Shown here: positions 1 to 15,162 of the stretch, piece by piece | How positions within the stretch are numbered: position 1 is the stretch's first letter | How the letters are laid out: each line of letters begins with the position of its first letter | Source: Octopus sinensis | Lineage: Eukaryota | Direction: 5' to 3' | DNA length: 64,000 nt | Assembly (NCBI RefSeq): GCF_006345805.1 | Contig: NC_043015.1 | Location: 12,648,001-12,712,000 of the forward strand | Made by a program: the position numbers and the translations under genes | The notes under the pieces: generated by a model | The model's input: the letters and a program-made list of their open reading frames with translations, nothing else | The model's database searches: none | What the model was told of the DNA's origin: nothing

Positions 1-1310
1 CCCCTGACCTTAGTACTTAGGAAAATGAACCTGGGCTACCAACTAAAAGAAAAATCCCAAACAATCAACCACCTCCTCTTCATGGATGATTTGAAACTGT
101 ATGGCAAGGATGAAACACAAGTGAGTTCCTTGGTGAACACAGTCCACTGTTTTAGTACTGCTATTAGAATGGAATTTGGACTCAAGAAATGCAGAATAAT
201 CTGCCTAAAAAGAGGCAAGGTACAATCCTTAGCAGGGATAGAATTGCTGAATAAAGGCTTGATTAAACAAATTGAGACAGGTTACAAATACCTTGGTGTA
301 CTAGAGTTCAATGAGATAATGGAGAAGGAAATGAAAGAGAAATTGAGGATGGAATATTTCCAAAGATTGGTGTTGCACTCAAAATTGACCAGATGGAATA
401 AAATCCAAGCAGTTAATATGTGAGCAATAGCATCACTTCAGTATGGAGTGGGAATTATAAAATGGCAAAAGACAGAAGTAATGAAAATGGATACCAAGGC
501 CAGAAAAATGCTGACTACATGGAGCCTTCCACCCTAAGAGTGACACCGATAGGCTGTACTTGTCTAAAATAAAGGGTGGGAGAGGTCTGATCAGTTGCTA
601 GGACTGTATTGAAGCAGAGGAAAACAGCTTAGGATGGTATATAAAAAATGCTGTGAACCATTGTTGAAAAAAAAGTTCAGTAATTGCCAGCATCATAAAA
701 ACTGAAAATTATGTAATGAAAGAAAAATTTGAACAAGAAATGAACAAAAAAAGGAAAAAGCGTGGAAAGGGAAAAAATATACAGTCAGTTTGCAAGAGAT
801 GAGAATGCCAAAACGGATACAGAGGACCGGTGGCTATGTATGAAGAGGAGTGACCTGAAGATAGAGACAGAAGCACTCATATGTGCAGCTCAAGAACAAT
901 CATTAAGGACCAACTATGTGAAGTGCAGAATAGACAACACTACTAACAGTGACATATGCAGAATGTGTGGTGAGAGGGATGAAACGGTATGGCACATCAT
1001 TAGTGAGTGCCATGTGTTGGGAGGGTTTCTTTGGAGTTTGAATAACTCACCTCTGGAAACATCATCCTTAAACGACCCTTATTCAGGGACCTTTTGAGTG
1101 GGATGGGATACTCAACCTGAAGAAAATTCTGTCCCACCTGCAAGGCCATGTGCTGTTTATCTTGATATGTGATTACCATGTCATGCTCATAGGGTTGTGA
1201 TGCCTGTGCCTGGTGTACCTTTATCAGATGGGTATATTGCGCTTCATATATTTGCACCCCAGAGTCATTTCAATGGTATGTGCTGCTCTCTCACTCAATA
1301 ATAGTAATAA
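1..1310 (+). mobile_element. Degenerate R4/Dong-like non-LTR retrotransposon 3' part (RT, CCHC region, TAA-type tail)
   Basis: ORF 25-423 has NHLLFMDDLKLY..FGLKKC..YKYLG; ORF 762-1097 has EALICAAQEQSL..CRMCGE..ETVWHIISEC; stops and frameshifts; ends in caataatagtaataa near 1297-1310. Confidence 0.8.
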
Positions 1311-1763
1311 ATTTTTTTTCTAACATAAGCACATGGCCATGCATTTATACAGAATATAAAAGAACATAATCAAATACTAGAAGGCATTCTATTCATTACT
1401 TTACTGATCTTGGGAATCTAATAACCTTAATTGCCATCAAATTACAACTCACCAACATAAACAAAACACAATCACTGTCCAACAAAATAACACAACTTAC
1501 ATAGTACATATTCTGACATGAACAGACAAAAGCATTAAACACTAAATCAAAACCTCCAAACAAAGCTAATCAGAAATAACATGCAAACATTATGTTACTC
1601 TCTCAAGAGAGAATGTGCTGCACACATCTCAGGAATATGGAGGTGTACCTGATGAAGCAATAGGTGCTTGAATGAAACTTGCTAAAAACATAATACTAAT
1701 GTTTACAATAATGTGATAATAATAATTATGATTATAACCATCTTCATATTTTAATACTTGTAG

Positions 1764-2015
<252 letters not shown>

Positions 2016-3583
2016 TAGAATGCACATACACTCATACATCATTTGCTTCTTACTGAAAGTATCTGATCACATTGGAATACATGCTCTTTTACTTTTTGTG
2101 GAAATGATGGATTCCACTAGTCAGGAGGTCCATCTACTTCTAATATCCATTCCATTAGGGAGGTGGGAGTCTTAGGATGGCATGATTGATGATACATACA
2201 CTAACTCTATGACATTTTCAGAAATTTCTGAATAGCAATGGCAGTAAATAAATGTGGTTGTCATTTGTGAGATATCTTCCTGCAAATTGTTTCTTTGACT
2301 GCATTGCAGTCTTAGGTTAAGTGCAGAATGAGGTTTGGTACCTGGTATTTGGAATATTGCCAAGTACTTAGTGCACGCTGCCAAAAGGGCAAATGCGCTT
2401 GGTGGAATGTTTTTGCATTTGCCTTCTATAGAAGCTTCATTGTCAGTATGAATTATGATGTCTTGGGAACAATTCTGGGTATCAACAAGAACAATTTAAC
2501 TAATCTCTTCTGGAGAACTTTCAGGTAAATCTCATGGACAGCTTCTAAAAGTCCTTTATCTGGTGGTGTTAAAGTGGTGTATTTTATCCATTGCTTTACT
2601 GAGAGTGTTTATCCATTGCTTTACTGGATTGTTTCCAGTTCAAGATAAACTCTGCAGGTATGGCAATGCCATCATATGGACCTGTCCAAGAGGAGTTCAG
2701 AATAATGAAAATTGTTTTGCATGCATTTATTCAATATTGAAATATTCTTTATTTGTTACATTATTTATCACATGTACAATAAATCCAGCTTTGAACTGGG
2801 TACATTGAAGGGTTTTTCTGTCTCTAGTGGCTATGAGAAAAGAGGTAGTGTGATGGACAAAATTGCAAGGACTGAATATAAATACTTTCCTCTTCAGTGC
2901 TTATCAACCATTTTAGCTTCAACTTGAAAAAGTAGATGAAAGTAGAAAGGGAAGAGCTGTCCTCTGGGAAATTTGTTGTGAATGGTGAATGTGGTGTGGC
3001 TAGGTGCCTCCTAACTCAATTTTGATTTGTTCATAGGTGAATCTATAGATATATTAACAGATATGCAGATAGAGAGATATATTGGTTTCAAATTCTGGCA
3101 CAAGGCCAGCAATTTCGAGGGAGGGGTTAAGTTGATTACATCAACCCCAGTGCTCAGCTGAAACTTATTTTGTTGACCCGAAAGAATGAAAGACAAAGTC
3201 TTCCTCAGTGGAATTTGAATTCAGAACATAAACACGAACAAAATGTTGTTAATGATTCTGCAAGCTACCTTTGAATCTGTCAAAGATTCTGCTTTTGATA
3301 GAAAGATATTTTAATAGATATACAAGTAAATATGTTGCTGAACTGAACTGAAATGAAAAAGAAATGAAAATAATCTTAATTGGTAAACAATTTTAACTGA
3401 GCCTTCGTGGTTGTTGGACAGTGAAAAGTGTAAGTTTATATATATATATATAATTTAGAGAAAAACCACTATTAAACAATTCAATAAAGAAAGATGTTAT
3501 TCACACCATATAGAAAACATATACTATAAAAAAAATCTTATTTTAAATCAATAAAGTACAATAAATAGTAAATAGTAGAAAAA

Positions 3584-3685
3584 AGACTACACACATTTCA
3601 TGGCTTTATTTTCAAATAGATAATAATAATAATAAAATCAATTCCTTTCAAAATATATTTAAAAATATAGTCACTCATCAGTTCT
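3584..3685 (-). ncRNA. Degenerate hammerhead motif
   Basis: Minus strand CUGAUGA (3681-3675), long AU-rich stem II closed by GUGACU/AGCCAU, then GAAA-UGUGUG-UA; stems I and III weak. Confidence 0.4.
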
Positions 3686-3991
3686 AAGATAATAAATAAT
3701 AAAAAATAATAAGAGAATAAATGTACTTATCTTAATTTATACTAATTATCAAATAAATATCTTTTCGAAAAGATAAGTTATATTTTTATTGTAAGAAATA
3801 TTGTTAAATGCTTTTCGATTATTTATAGTTAATACATGTATTTTTTTTTATATATTTATTTGATAATTAGTATAAGTTAAGATAAGTACATTTATTCTAT
3901 TATTATATAGCTAGCTATATGACACACGAACCTATGTCCATTATAACCTTCAAACAGGGGAGGTCAGCCACTTCCTCTTGCTGGTCAGGCA

Positions 3992-4034
3992 TCTGCAGAC
4001 ATGTTTCAGGGTATTTGCCCTTTATCAATGCAGA
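3992..4034 (-). ncRNA. Minimal type-I hammerhead ribozyme motif, U3-A8 core variant
   Basis: Minus strand: UCUGCA-UUGAUAA-AGGG caaaua CCCU-GAAA-CAUG-UC^-UGCAGA; 6-bp stem I, 4-bp stem II, palindromic ACAUGU stem III. Confidence 0.75.
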
Positions 4035-4299
4035 GTAGCCGAACTCAGCAGGCGTTGCTGCTGACCATCTATCTGTTCGAAGGATTATTTACCTAATTTC
4101 AGCGGAATACATCCACTGGTTTTCAAAAATAGAAATATTATTTCTAAGTCTCTCTAAAGACGAGGGCCTCTTGGAGCTAATCAACGGCAGCTTTCTTCCT
4201 ATATTTATGGACTGCCATATTAGCTTGGCGATAACTCTTAATATCCAGTACCGTTACCGTAGTCTCCTTTAGAGAGACTTAGAAATAATAATATTTCTA

Positions 4300-4645
4300 T
4301 GTTTGTATGTTTGGCTTTGGTCTAATTCTCTTATTTCATTTGCTTTATCTAATGTGATGTTGCTACTTTTAACTAGTTTTCCTCTTTTTGAGGTTGTAAG
4401 CCAAATTTCATGTTTATTTCTTTGGTAAATCCATGTACTGTCTGTAGTAATATTTCCAGCTGTTTATTATTTGTAGCGTACACTTTTTGATCATCCCTAT
4501 ATAAGAGGTGGCTGATTGTTCTGCCGTAGCCAAGGAGTGGAGAGTGTGTCTCCCTGGAATATTCCTCTTCTAATGGAAATAGCTTTGGTTTTTATGAGTT
4601 CCTCTTTTGTCTCGAGCTGTAAACACTGTCTGCATTTATTCACGG
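4300..4645 (-). mobile_element. R4/Dong-like RT fragment abutting a compound microsatellite
   Basis: Minus-strand translations TKAISIRRGIFQGDTLS and LEILLQTVHGFTKEINMKFGL..TLDKANEIRELDQ. Confidence 0.7.
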
Positions 4646-4651
4646 AATGTT

Positions 4652-4707
4652 TCATCATCATCATACCACCACCACCACCACCACCACCACCACCACCATC
4701 ATCATCA

Positions 4708-4788
<81 letters not shown>
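4652..4788. repeat. Compound microsatellite (TCA)n(CCA)n(TCA)n(TTA)n
   Basis: Directly visible. Confidence 0.95.
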
Positions 4789-4789
<1 letters not shown>

Positions 4790-4791
4790 AG

Positions 4792-4835
4792 CCAGAAAAG
4801 CATCTTCTTTGTTGGCCATGTATTAACCTCTTCAA
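4792..4835 (+). CDS. SHOC1: SHOC1-like 44-nt exon
   Basis: tacag|CCA..AA|gtaagt, phase 0-2; PEKHLLCWPCINLF resembles SHOC1 EEMYLLDFPCINPL. Confidence 0.8.
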
Positions 4836-5617
4836 GTAAGTAAAATCAGTTTCATTAATTTTTACTATTTAGATTTTCTTATTATTTTCTTTAATTTCAA
4901 GTTTTGAAATATAAATAAAAATATAGAGTTAAAATGTATTAAGGGCATTCCTTTATAGATAGTATAATGATTGTGTATTGAAAAAGCAAATATTAGGAGT
5001 CTTAATTCTGTTTCTAGCATTGAACTGGGATATAAAAAACAATCTTAAAATCTTTTTGTAAGATCAGTGCTTTATACTTAATGTAGTGGATCAAGAAATT
5101 TTGGTTAATTAAAATTACATCCGTTGTGGGAAGAAAGAATCATTTGCTTAATTATCAATTCTGGTCAATAAAGGTAGGAGAAACAACTTTAAAGTTTTAA
5201 TTGATCAACGATTTGTTATCATAACTTTTTGATGTAGTTTTTTAATGTAAAACAATAAAAAAACTGACTAATAGGTGTCCAGTTTAAAAAAGTTTTTACT
5301 ATCTTAAAATATGGACATGGATCAGTTAGGAAAATAAAAGCAATGTTTAATTAAACTTTTAGACTACTCTTGAAATGCAGTTCAGTTGTTGAGTTTACAG
5401 CAACAATGTTATGATATTTGGTAAATGATAAAAGCTTTGTGGCAAGTTGAAACACTTTCATTCAAATTAAGCCTTGGAATATTATTCTGTTTGTAAGATA
5501 GGTACTACTTTAGTGTGCAATCTGCTGCAGTATCCATAGTCTCTGCTGTGAAATGACCAAATCTGGGTTAAGGTTTTTGATTTGGTTTAGGATTAGGATA
5601 AGATTTCATGCTAAGTA

Positions 5618-5710
5618 AACTGCATGCTAAGGTGTAAATGACCAGGTAGACTGCATGCTAAAGTCTAAATGACCAGGTAGACTGCATGCTTAAGTGTAAA
5701 TGGCCAGTTA
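5618..5710. repeat. About 31-bp minisatellite, 3 copies
   Basis: Unit actgcatgctaa(g)gtgtaaatgaccaggtag repeated; preceded by degenerate (TTAGGG)-like tract. Confidence 0.7.
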
Positions 5711-5851
5711 AGCCACATGGTAAAGTGGCACTGTAAAATACATGCTCATATATTATATAATAAATAAGATCTACTTAAACAAATTCTTTCAACTAATTAT
5801 TTCTTTACAACTAATTATTTGTTCAGATTTTTGTTTTTACTATTTTATTAA

Positions 5852-5995
<144 letters not shown>

Positions 5996-6273
5996 TAATG
6001 TCTATATGTAGCACCTCATTCCTAACAATAAGGTAACTTTGTGTTTGAGAATAAATTTTCTCCATGTTGTTTCTTGTATGTTTATGATGTGTACATTTGC
6101 TTGCAAGCTTGTGTGTGTTCTGTATTGATCACATTATAAATTATCTGTGGAAACGATTTTAGAAGTTTTAAGATTAGATACAAGTAAAAAAATGTAACTA
6201 TACTTTATGAAGCCAAATGACTTTCAATAACTTGATTTAATTATTAGGTTTTATGGCAACTCTAGCAACCTAA

Positions 6274-6315
6274 TAGATAGATAGATAGATTGACAGATAG
6301 GCAGACAGAGAAGCT

Positions 6316-6388
<73 letters not shown>

Positions 6389-6512
6389 GTAGGTAGGTAG
6401 CTAGGTAGCTAGGTAGCTAGGTAGGTATGTAGGTAGGTAGGTAGCTAGGTAGGTAGGTAGCTAGGTAGGTAGGTAGATAGATAGATAGATAAATAGATAG
6501 ATTGATTGATTG

Positions 6513-6546
<34 letters not shown>

Positions 6547-6560
6547 GGACGGATGGACAG
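6274..6560. repeat. Compound tetranucleotide microsatellite (GATA)n(GGTA)n(GATT)n
   Basis: Directly visible. Confidence 0.95.
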
Positions 6561-7674
6561 GCATCAGGTGAAATGGTTCTGAGTAGTGAAAACGTTTTAT
6601 CACAGAAAATCTGGTGGAGTAAGCAGTTCTGCTCATATTTACTTACCACAGCAGAATACTACAGTTACAAAGGTGATGGGTGGTGGGAATGTCTTGAGGA
6701 GGAAATTGGGTAAAGAGCCCATTTGTGCAGATATTTCCCTTCTCTCTGTTAGGAGGCACAAGGACTGATACACTCCAATGTCTGAAGCAAGTTATAGTAT
6801 AAAAGAGTATCCATATATATTTTATACATTTTTCCAAGTGAGCTATTTTTGCCATTTTAAACCATACTTTGATAATATTTTATGGGATAAATCTTTTCCC
6901 AATGCTTTCAAATGATGAGATTTTGGCAGCTGGCAGAAAATGGTTGAAAAGCTGTCAGATTACTCTCTGACAATATAATGGAAATATATAAAGTGTATGT
7001 AAGTAAACTGATATTCTATTTGAATTAATAATAACTTATCTAAAAACATTCAAATATATAATTGAATACTTTCTTATCTAGACACAAAAACTTAGAATTA
7101 TGAAAAGCTGATATTAAGTGAAACTAAGGATTAATACTGGTTATAACTGAAACTATTCTAAATGGAGATTACTTTAAGGACAAACCTGAATTAATTCAGA
7201 AATTAACTGTGACATATATAAGCAATAGACATTTAAAACATTTAGTTTTAGTTATGATATGTGAAAATATCAGAGTCAGTTAAGTGATCAATTTACTTGA
7301 CTATTAATTAATATCCTGGTTAATTTGCTTCACTATTAATCCATATTCCTGTCTTCCAAATGACATTGCCATTATACAAGGTATATTACTCTATCAGCCT
7401 AAATCATCACTAGCATTTCACAGTTGACAATACACTAGGTATTTAGTGGAAATGTATCTGCTTTGGTAACTCATGCAAATCCTAGAATTTATTTATTGTT
7501 CATTTTATGTTTGTATATAAAAGATGAGGACTTAAAATTGTAATAAGAGTGTTCTTAATATCTTCTGATATTTTTGTAAGAATAATTACCCAGAATTTGC
7601 ATTAAATAAAGTTATCTGATGAACAAAATTATCTATTTCATAAGATGAAGTATGCTTTTTTATCTTTTAAATAG

Positions 7675-9096
<1,422 letters not shown>

Positions 9097-9304
9097 TAGT
9101 ATACATAATGTTTCACTGTTTGAATTTTATGCATAAGTCAAAGATTTTCTCTAGAGAAATATATTTAACCAGATAATTAAAAAAAATACAATTTGTCAGT
9201 CTTCAAGGTCTAGATTAATATATTGTTTAGTGGTTTTCATTTGCTATTGATACAGAGCTCATGGGAGATGATGTTTAATATAAATCAAGAAATATCATCA
9301 TCAT

Positions 9305-10060
<756 letters not shown>

Positions 10061-10853
10061 CATAGTCTCAGTAGTTGTAGGGGCACTCAGAGCACTAACA
10101 ACCAAGTTTGTTTGATTTACAAAGAATGTGAATCTTTGTTCATCTTCATTGTCTTTATTTTTTTCTTTATTTCCTGAGATTTTATTGTCATTTGGAAGAA
10201 ATTGTTTCTCTTCACCTGTTTCCATTGTTTTAGGTTGAGTCTTCTTTATCTGCAATTTTTTTCGTTTTGTTTCCTTTATTTTTTTGCATTTGTAAATTTT
10301 CATCCCATTGTATACATGTGTGTGTGTGTGTGTGTAATATGTGTATATATCTATATGTGTGTGTCTTTGTGTTTGTGTCTATCTCTACCACCACCACCAC
10401 TTGACAGCCAGTATAGTTTGTTTATATCTCTGTAACATAGCAGTTCAGCAAGTGAGACTGATAGACTAAGTATCAGACTTTAAAAAAATAAATGCTGAAG
10501 AAAATTTGTTCAACTAAAAACCCTTCAAGACAATGCCCCTTACTACCACTGCCACCACCCCACATGGCCTCAGTCCAATGGCAGAAACTAGTAAAAGATA
10601 ACTGAAAGATAAATGAAAAGATATCTTTTTTTTTTTCCTGCTGCCTTCTTTCAAAAGTGTTAAGACCCCTTTCCTGATAGCAATGGAATTTGTGGCATCT
10701 GTTAACAACTAGTAATTAGATTTGTTTTGATTATCTTTAGAGATTTTATAAACTTACATAAAATCTCATCTGCATTTCTCAGTAAATATGAACTCATGTC
10801 TACATAAGATATTAATGTAAATTAAATTTGCATCTCTTTATAACAATACTTAA

Positions 10854-11156
<303 letters not shown>

Positions 11157-11620
11157 TAATCATCACCCTCATTTTAATGTCTACTTTTCCATGGGCTGGA
11201 TGGAGATTATTGAAGCAGAATTTATACAGCTGGATGCCCTTTCTGTCACCAACCCTCACTCGTTTTCAAGCACAGAAATATTTCCTCATGAGTAGACATT
11301 TTTGTATAACAGTGACACTCATATATGACAATCACATGATGTCCAGAAAGGGAAGTACAAGCATACACACACTCCAAATCACACACACATACATTGTGTG
11401 TGTGCGTGCACACAAACACACATACATGGACACATACATACACACACACAACACACACACACAAACACTCACACACACACACGCACACACATACACACAC
11501 ACATTGGCATGATTGTGTATCATCAGATAATACGCTTTAAGGCCAAACCCCCTTATGGATAGGAAACTCAGGGTAACCCCATAAACCAGCCTACCCCATT
11601 ATATATATATATATATATAT

Positions 11621-11784
11621 CAGGCATGGCGGTGTGGTAAGAAGTTTGCTTCCCAGCCACATGGTTCCTGGTTCAGTCCCACTGTGTGGTACTTTGGACA
11701 AGTGTCTTCTATTATAGCCCTGGGCCAACCAAAGCCTTCTGGGTGAATTTGGTAGATGGAGACTGAAAGAAGCCTGTCGTATAT

Positions 11785-11841
<57 letters not shown>

Positions 11842-12051
11842 ATATTTGTGTGTCTGTGTTTGTCCCCCTCCATCGCTTGACAACTGATGTTGGTATGCTT
11901 ACATCCTATAACTTAGTGGTTTGACGAAAGAGACTGACAGAATAAGTACTAGGCTTACAAAGAATAAATCCTGGGGTCGATTTGTTCAACTAAAGGCGGT
12001 GCTCCAGCATGGCCACAGTCAAATGACTGAAACAAGTAAAAGAATAAAAGA
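11621..12051 (+). mobile_element. tRNA-derived SINE family A with internal (TA/TG)n
   Basis: Head tggc(g/t)gtgtggtaag..ggttcagtcccact; other copies at about 15218-15604 (+), 16211-16995 (-), 18006-18406 (-), 39141-39488 (+), plus fragments. Confidence 0.85.
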
Positions 12052-12058
12052 ATATATA

Positions 12059-12453
12059 TCTTTATATATAAAAGTGAGGTTGTTTGCTGTCTGTCTCCTA
12101 CGATTTAGATTCCTAACTACTCCCACATTTTGCGGTGCAGTGTAACCAAAACTGGGTATCTTATAGTCATGATTCATATCAAGCCCTTCTGGGTATTAGC
12201 GCACGTCTACGATGAGTCTACGATTTAAAAAAAATTTACCATCAATTTTTCCCATTTTTAATGCATTTTTGGCATATATAAGGGAAGTAACTCTCTAAAA
12301 ATTTATTATTATATCTCAGAACGTAAAAAGCTACAGTAACACCCCCCCTTTGTGGTTAGCCATATTGAGATGGCTATTATACTTTACATCTCTAAAAATG
12401 CTTATATAGTTATTTCCCTTACAAACCCAAGCAACGCCGGGCGATACTGCTAG
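12059..12453 (+). mobile_element. Non-autonomous Helitron, copy 1
   Basis: a|TC 5' end, subterminal ccc..ggg hairpin, CTAG|t 3' end; shares sequence with 19218-19731, 19908-20213 and 53146-53991. Confidence 0.85.
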
Positions 12454-12596
12454 TATATTATACATACAACTTATAAAATAAGGGCAAAAGAAAAATTCTA
12501 ATGCCAAATATGCCGAAAAAAGACAAAATTGTCTATAACCATTATAATTTATGCGTCTCGAAACATGCCGATAGAAATTTCTAAAAAATTTCTTTA

Positions 12597-12660
12597 TTAC
12601 CATATTGGTCCCAATTTCAGAGTTAATTCATCATAAGAACTTTCCCCTCGTCAGCGATAA
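12597..12660 (-). ncRNA. Type-I hammerhead ribozyme motif (canonical core)
   Basis: Minus strand: UUAUCG-CUGACGA-GGGG..AGUUC/GAAUU..CUCU-GAAA-UUGG ga CCAA-UA^-UGGUAA. Confidence 0.7.
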
Positions 12661-12719
12661 ATACGTAAGACATAAATGAAATACTTACTCATACCCATAT
12701 TATACATACATATATATTT

Positions 12720-13625
12720 CTGTTACCTAGGAGACCAAATTAGTAGTAGGGGAGGATGTATAGAGAGCATAATAGCTAGAATAAGAATAGGGTGGAGAAA
12801 ATTCAGAGAGCTGTTACCTCTGCTGGCAACCAAAGGTTTTAGCCTTTGAGTGAAGGGCAGGTTGTATGATATATTCATATGGATAGAAATTCTACATGGT
12901 TGTGAGTTGTGGGTCCTAAATACAGAAGACATGTGAAGGCTAGAGAGGCTAGTATGCTCCACTGGATTTGTAATGTTTGACAGAGCGCTAGTGTATTGAG
13001 AGAGAAATTAGGCATAAGAGGAATGAGATGCAGTATGCAAGGTAGAACACCATGCTGTTTTGGTCATGTGATGCGGATGGATGGATGCTGACAGCTCCAT
13101 AAAGACGTACCAATCTCTCAAAGTAGATGGAACATGTAGAAGAGGAAGACCTACGAAGACATGGGACAAAATACTGAAGGATGGCTTCAAGATTCTGAAA
13201 CTTTCAGATGAGATGACAAAGGACTGGGATGCCTGGCACCTTGCTATACTCAAGAAGACCCATACTCAGATCAGAAAGATCCGTATTCCACAGCAGAAGT
13301 GTTAAGGCCACCCCCACCTGGTGAAGAGGATTAGCCTGCAAGAATCCTGTGCTGGTACCACATAAAAAGCTCTCATGCCAGTGCCATGAAAAAAGTACTT
13401 GTGTCGGTGCAACATAAAAGTGCTCTAGCAGTGCCATATTAAAAGCGCCCAGCACACATTGTAAAGTGGTTGGTGTTAGGAAGGGCATCCAGCCATAAAA
13501 ACCATACCAAATCAGACTGGAACCTGGTGCAGCTCTCCAGTTTGCCAGCTCTGGTCAAACTGTCCAACCCATGCCAGCATGGAAAATGGACTTTAAAAGA
13601 TGATGACGTCAATGAAGATGATGTA
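12720..13625 (+). mobile_element. RTE-clade LINE 3' fragment with (GAT)n-tailed 3' region
   Basis: YLGDQIS..ARIRIGWRKFRELLPLL..VKGRLY; GTCRRGRPTKTW. Confidence 0.8.
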
Positions 13626-13756
13626 TATATATTGAGAGAGAGAGAGAGAGAGAAAGAAAGAGAGAGAGAGAGAGAGGAAGAGAGAGAGAAAAGAAAATTT
13701 AGAAAATGGAGATGTAGCATTAATATAATTTATTATCTGCAGATATCCAACTTATT

Positions 13757-13839
13757 CTCTTACAGCTGTTTCAGTTTAGCCTAAATGATTAAATGGCAAT
13801 AATTAAATCATTGTATTAGGCAAAATCTCATCAGAGGAG
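13757..13839 (-). ncRNA. Type-I hammerhead ribozyme motif (canonical core, long stem II)
   Basis: Minus strand: CUCCU-CUGAUGA-G..GCCUAA..AAUGAUU/AAUCAUU..UAGGC..U-GAAA-CAGCUG-UA^-AGAG; palindromic ACAGCUGU stem III. Confidence 0.65.
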
Positions 13840-14229
13840 TAGAAAAGATATACTGTTAGGTTATTAGGTATTGTGTTTTCAAATCATCTCAAATGATAAA
13901 TAATAAAAAAAAATTGGTGATATAAAAACAAAGGAAAAAGATTATGTGAACAAATCAGTAACAGAAATAAATAAATAAAAAATAAAAATAAAAATAAAAA
14001 ATAAATATAGAATATATAAATAATAAAAAATTTAAAAAGTCAAAATAGATGAATAAAATAGTAACGGAAATAAATAAAACAAAATTTACATTGGTATAAC
14101 CCAATAATAAATAACCAAATAAAAGAATAAATGATAAAAATTCAAAATAACCAGATAAAAAAATAAACAAAATAATAAAAAAAATGATAAAAAATAAGAA
14201 AGGGTAAAAAGTTTTTTTCTTAAGAAGAC

Positions 14230-14830
14230 TGTAGGGACAGTCATTGAGAGGAGGGGCTGTGTTGAGTCTGAAAGGAGTTTGGGTTTGTAGAGTGAAAATG
14301 TAATGCTGTTCCAAGTGGAATCTAGAGTTGGTGGATCCATTGTGCAGGGCAAGGAATGAACACAGTGATATGTGAGGTGGAATTATTGGTCAAGCAAAAA
14401 TGATGGGTGACAGGGATGTTCATACATAGACAAACATATCGTAGGTGTTTGGTGAACCGTTCGACTGTCTGCTGGCCTGTGTGACCAATGTAAAGTTGGT
14501 TGCAGTGATTACTCCTGATGCAGTAAATAAGGCTGGAAGAAGTGCAGGAGAAGGAGTTCCTAATGTAGAGGGTGTGCTGGTTGGGTCCAGTGAGGGAGGT
14601 GATGTTAGTGATGAAGGGACAGGTGTGGCAGCCGGATCAGAAGCAAGGGAAGGATCTGGGTAGGGTTGGAATGGTAGATTGCGTAGGTTACAGGCACATT
14701 TGAAGGAGGGTGAGGCTGGGTTGGGAAAATACGGAGGGTGATGGGATTTAGCTGGAAGTGACAGAAGGCTAATAGGATCCTTCGACGAAGGGGTAGGTTG
14801 GAGGGGTGGAAAAGGAGGGGAAAGGGATGC
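14230..14830 (-). mobile_element. Penelope-like element GIY-YIG endonuclease fragment
   Basis: Minus strand reads SCTSSSLIYCIRSNHCNQLYIGHTGQQTVERFTKHL, then RFHLEQHYIFTLQTQTPFRLN (PLE C-terminal E..I..L.T..P..LN motif). Confidence 0.75.
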
Positions 14831-15069
14831 GGTTGGGACACACATATGCGCATGCACGCACACACACACACACACATAGCCAAGAACAGTATTGACAATG
14901 ATTTCCAATTTTGCCACAGGAGATACATTGTGGAAGAGAAGTGCAGTAAACTAAATTATATTTTATCAACATTGGAAATATAAAAAGCAGGGTTGCATTG
15001 GTGGGATTTGAACTCAAAAATGTAAAGATTGCTAAATACAATTCATGATTTTGCCAATCACTCCTCTAA

Positions 15070-15162
<93 letters not shown>

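Noticed and set aside
1645-1685. CTGATGA-AGCA/TGCT-..GAAAC hammerhead-like pattern (+)
   Set aside because: Five extra bases before GAAA and no stem I or stem III.
2040-2930. Possible very old Penelope RT/GIY-YIG remnant (-)
   Set aside because: Too degenerate to support by eye; needs tBLASTn.
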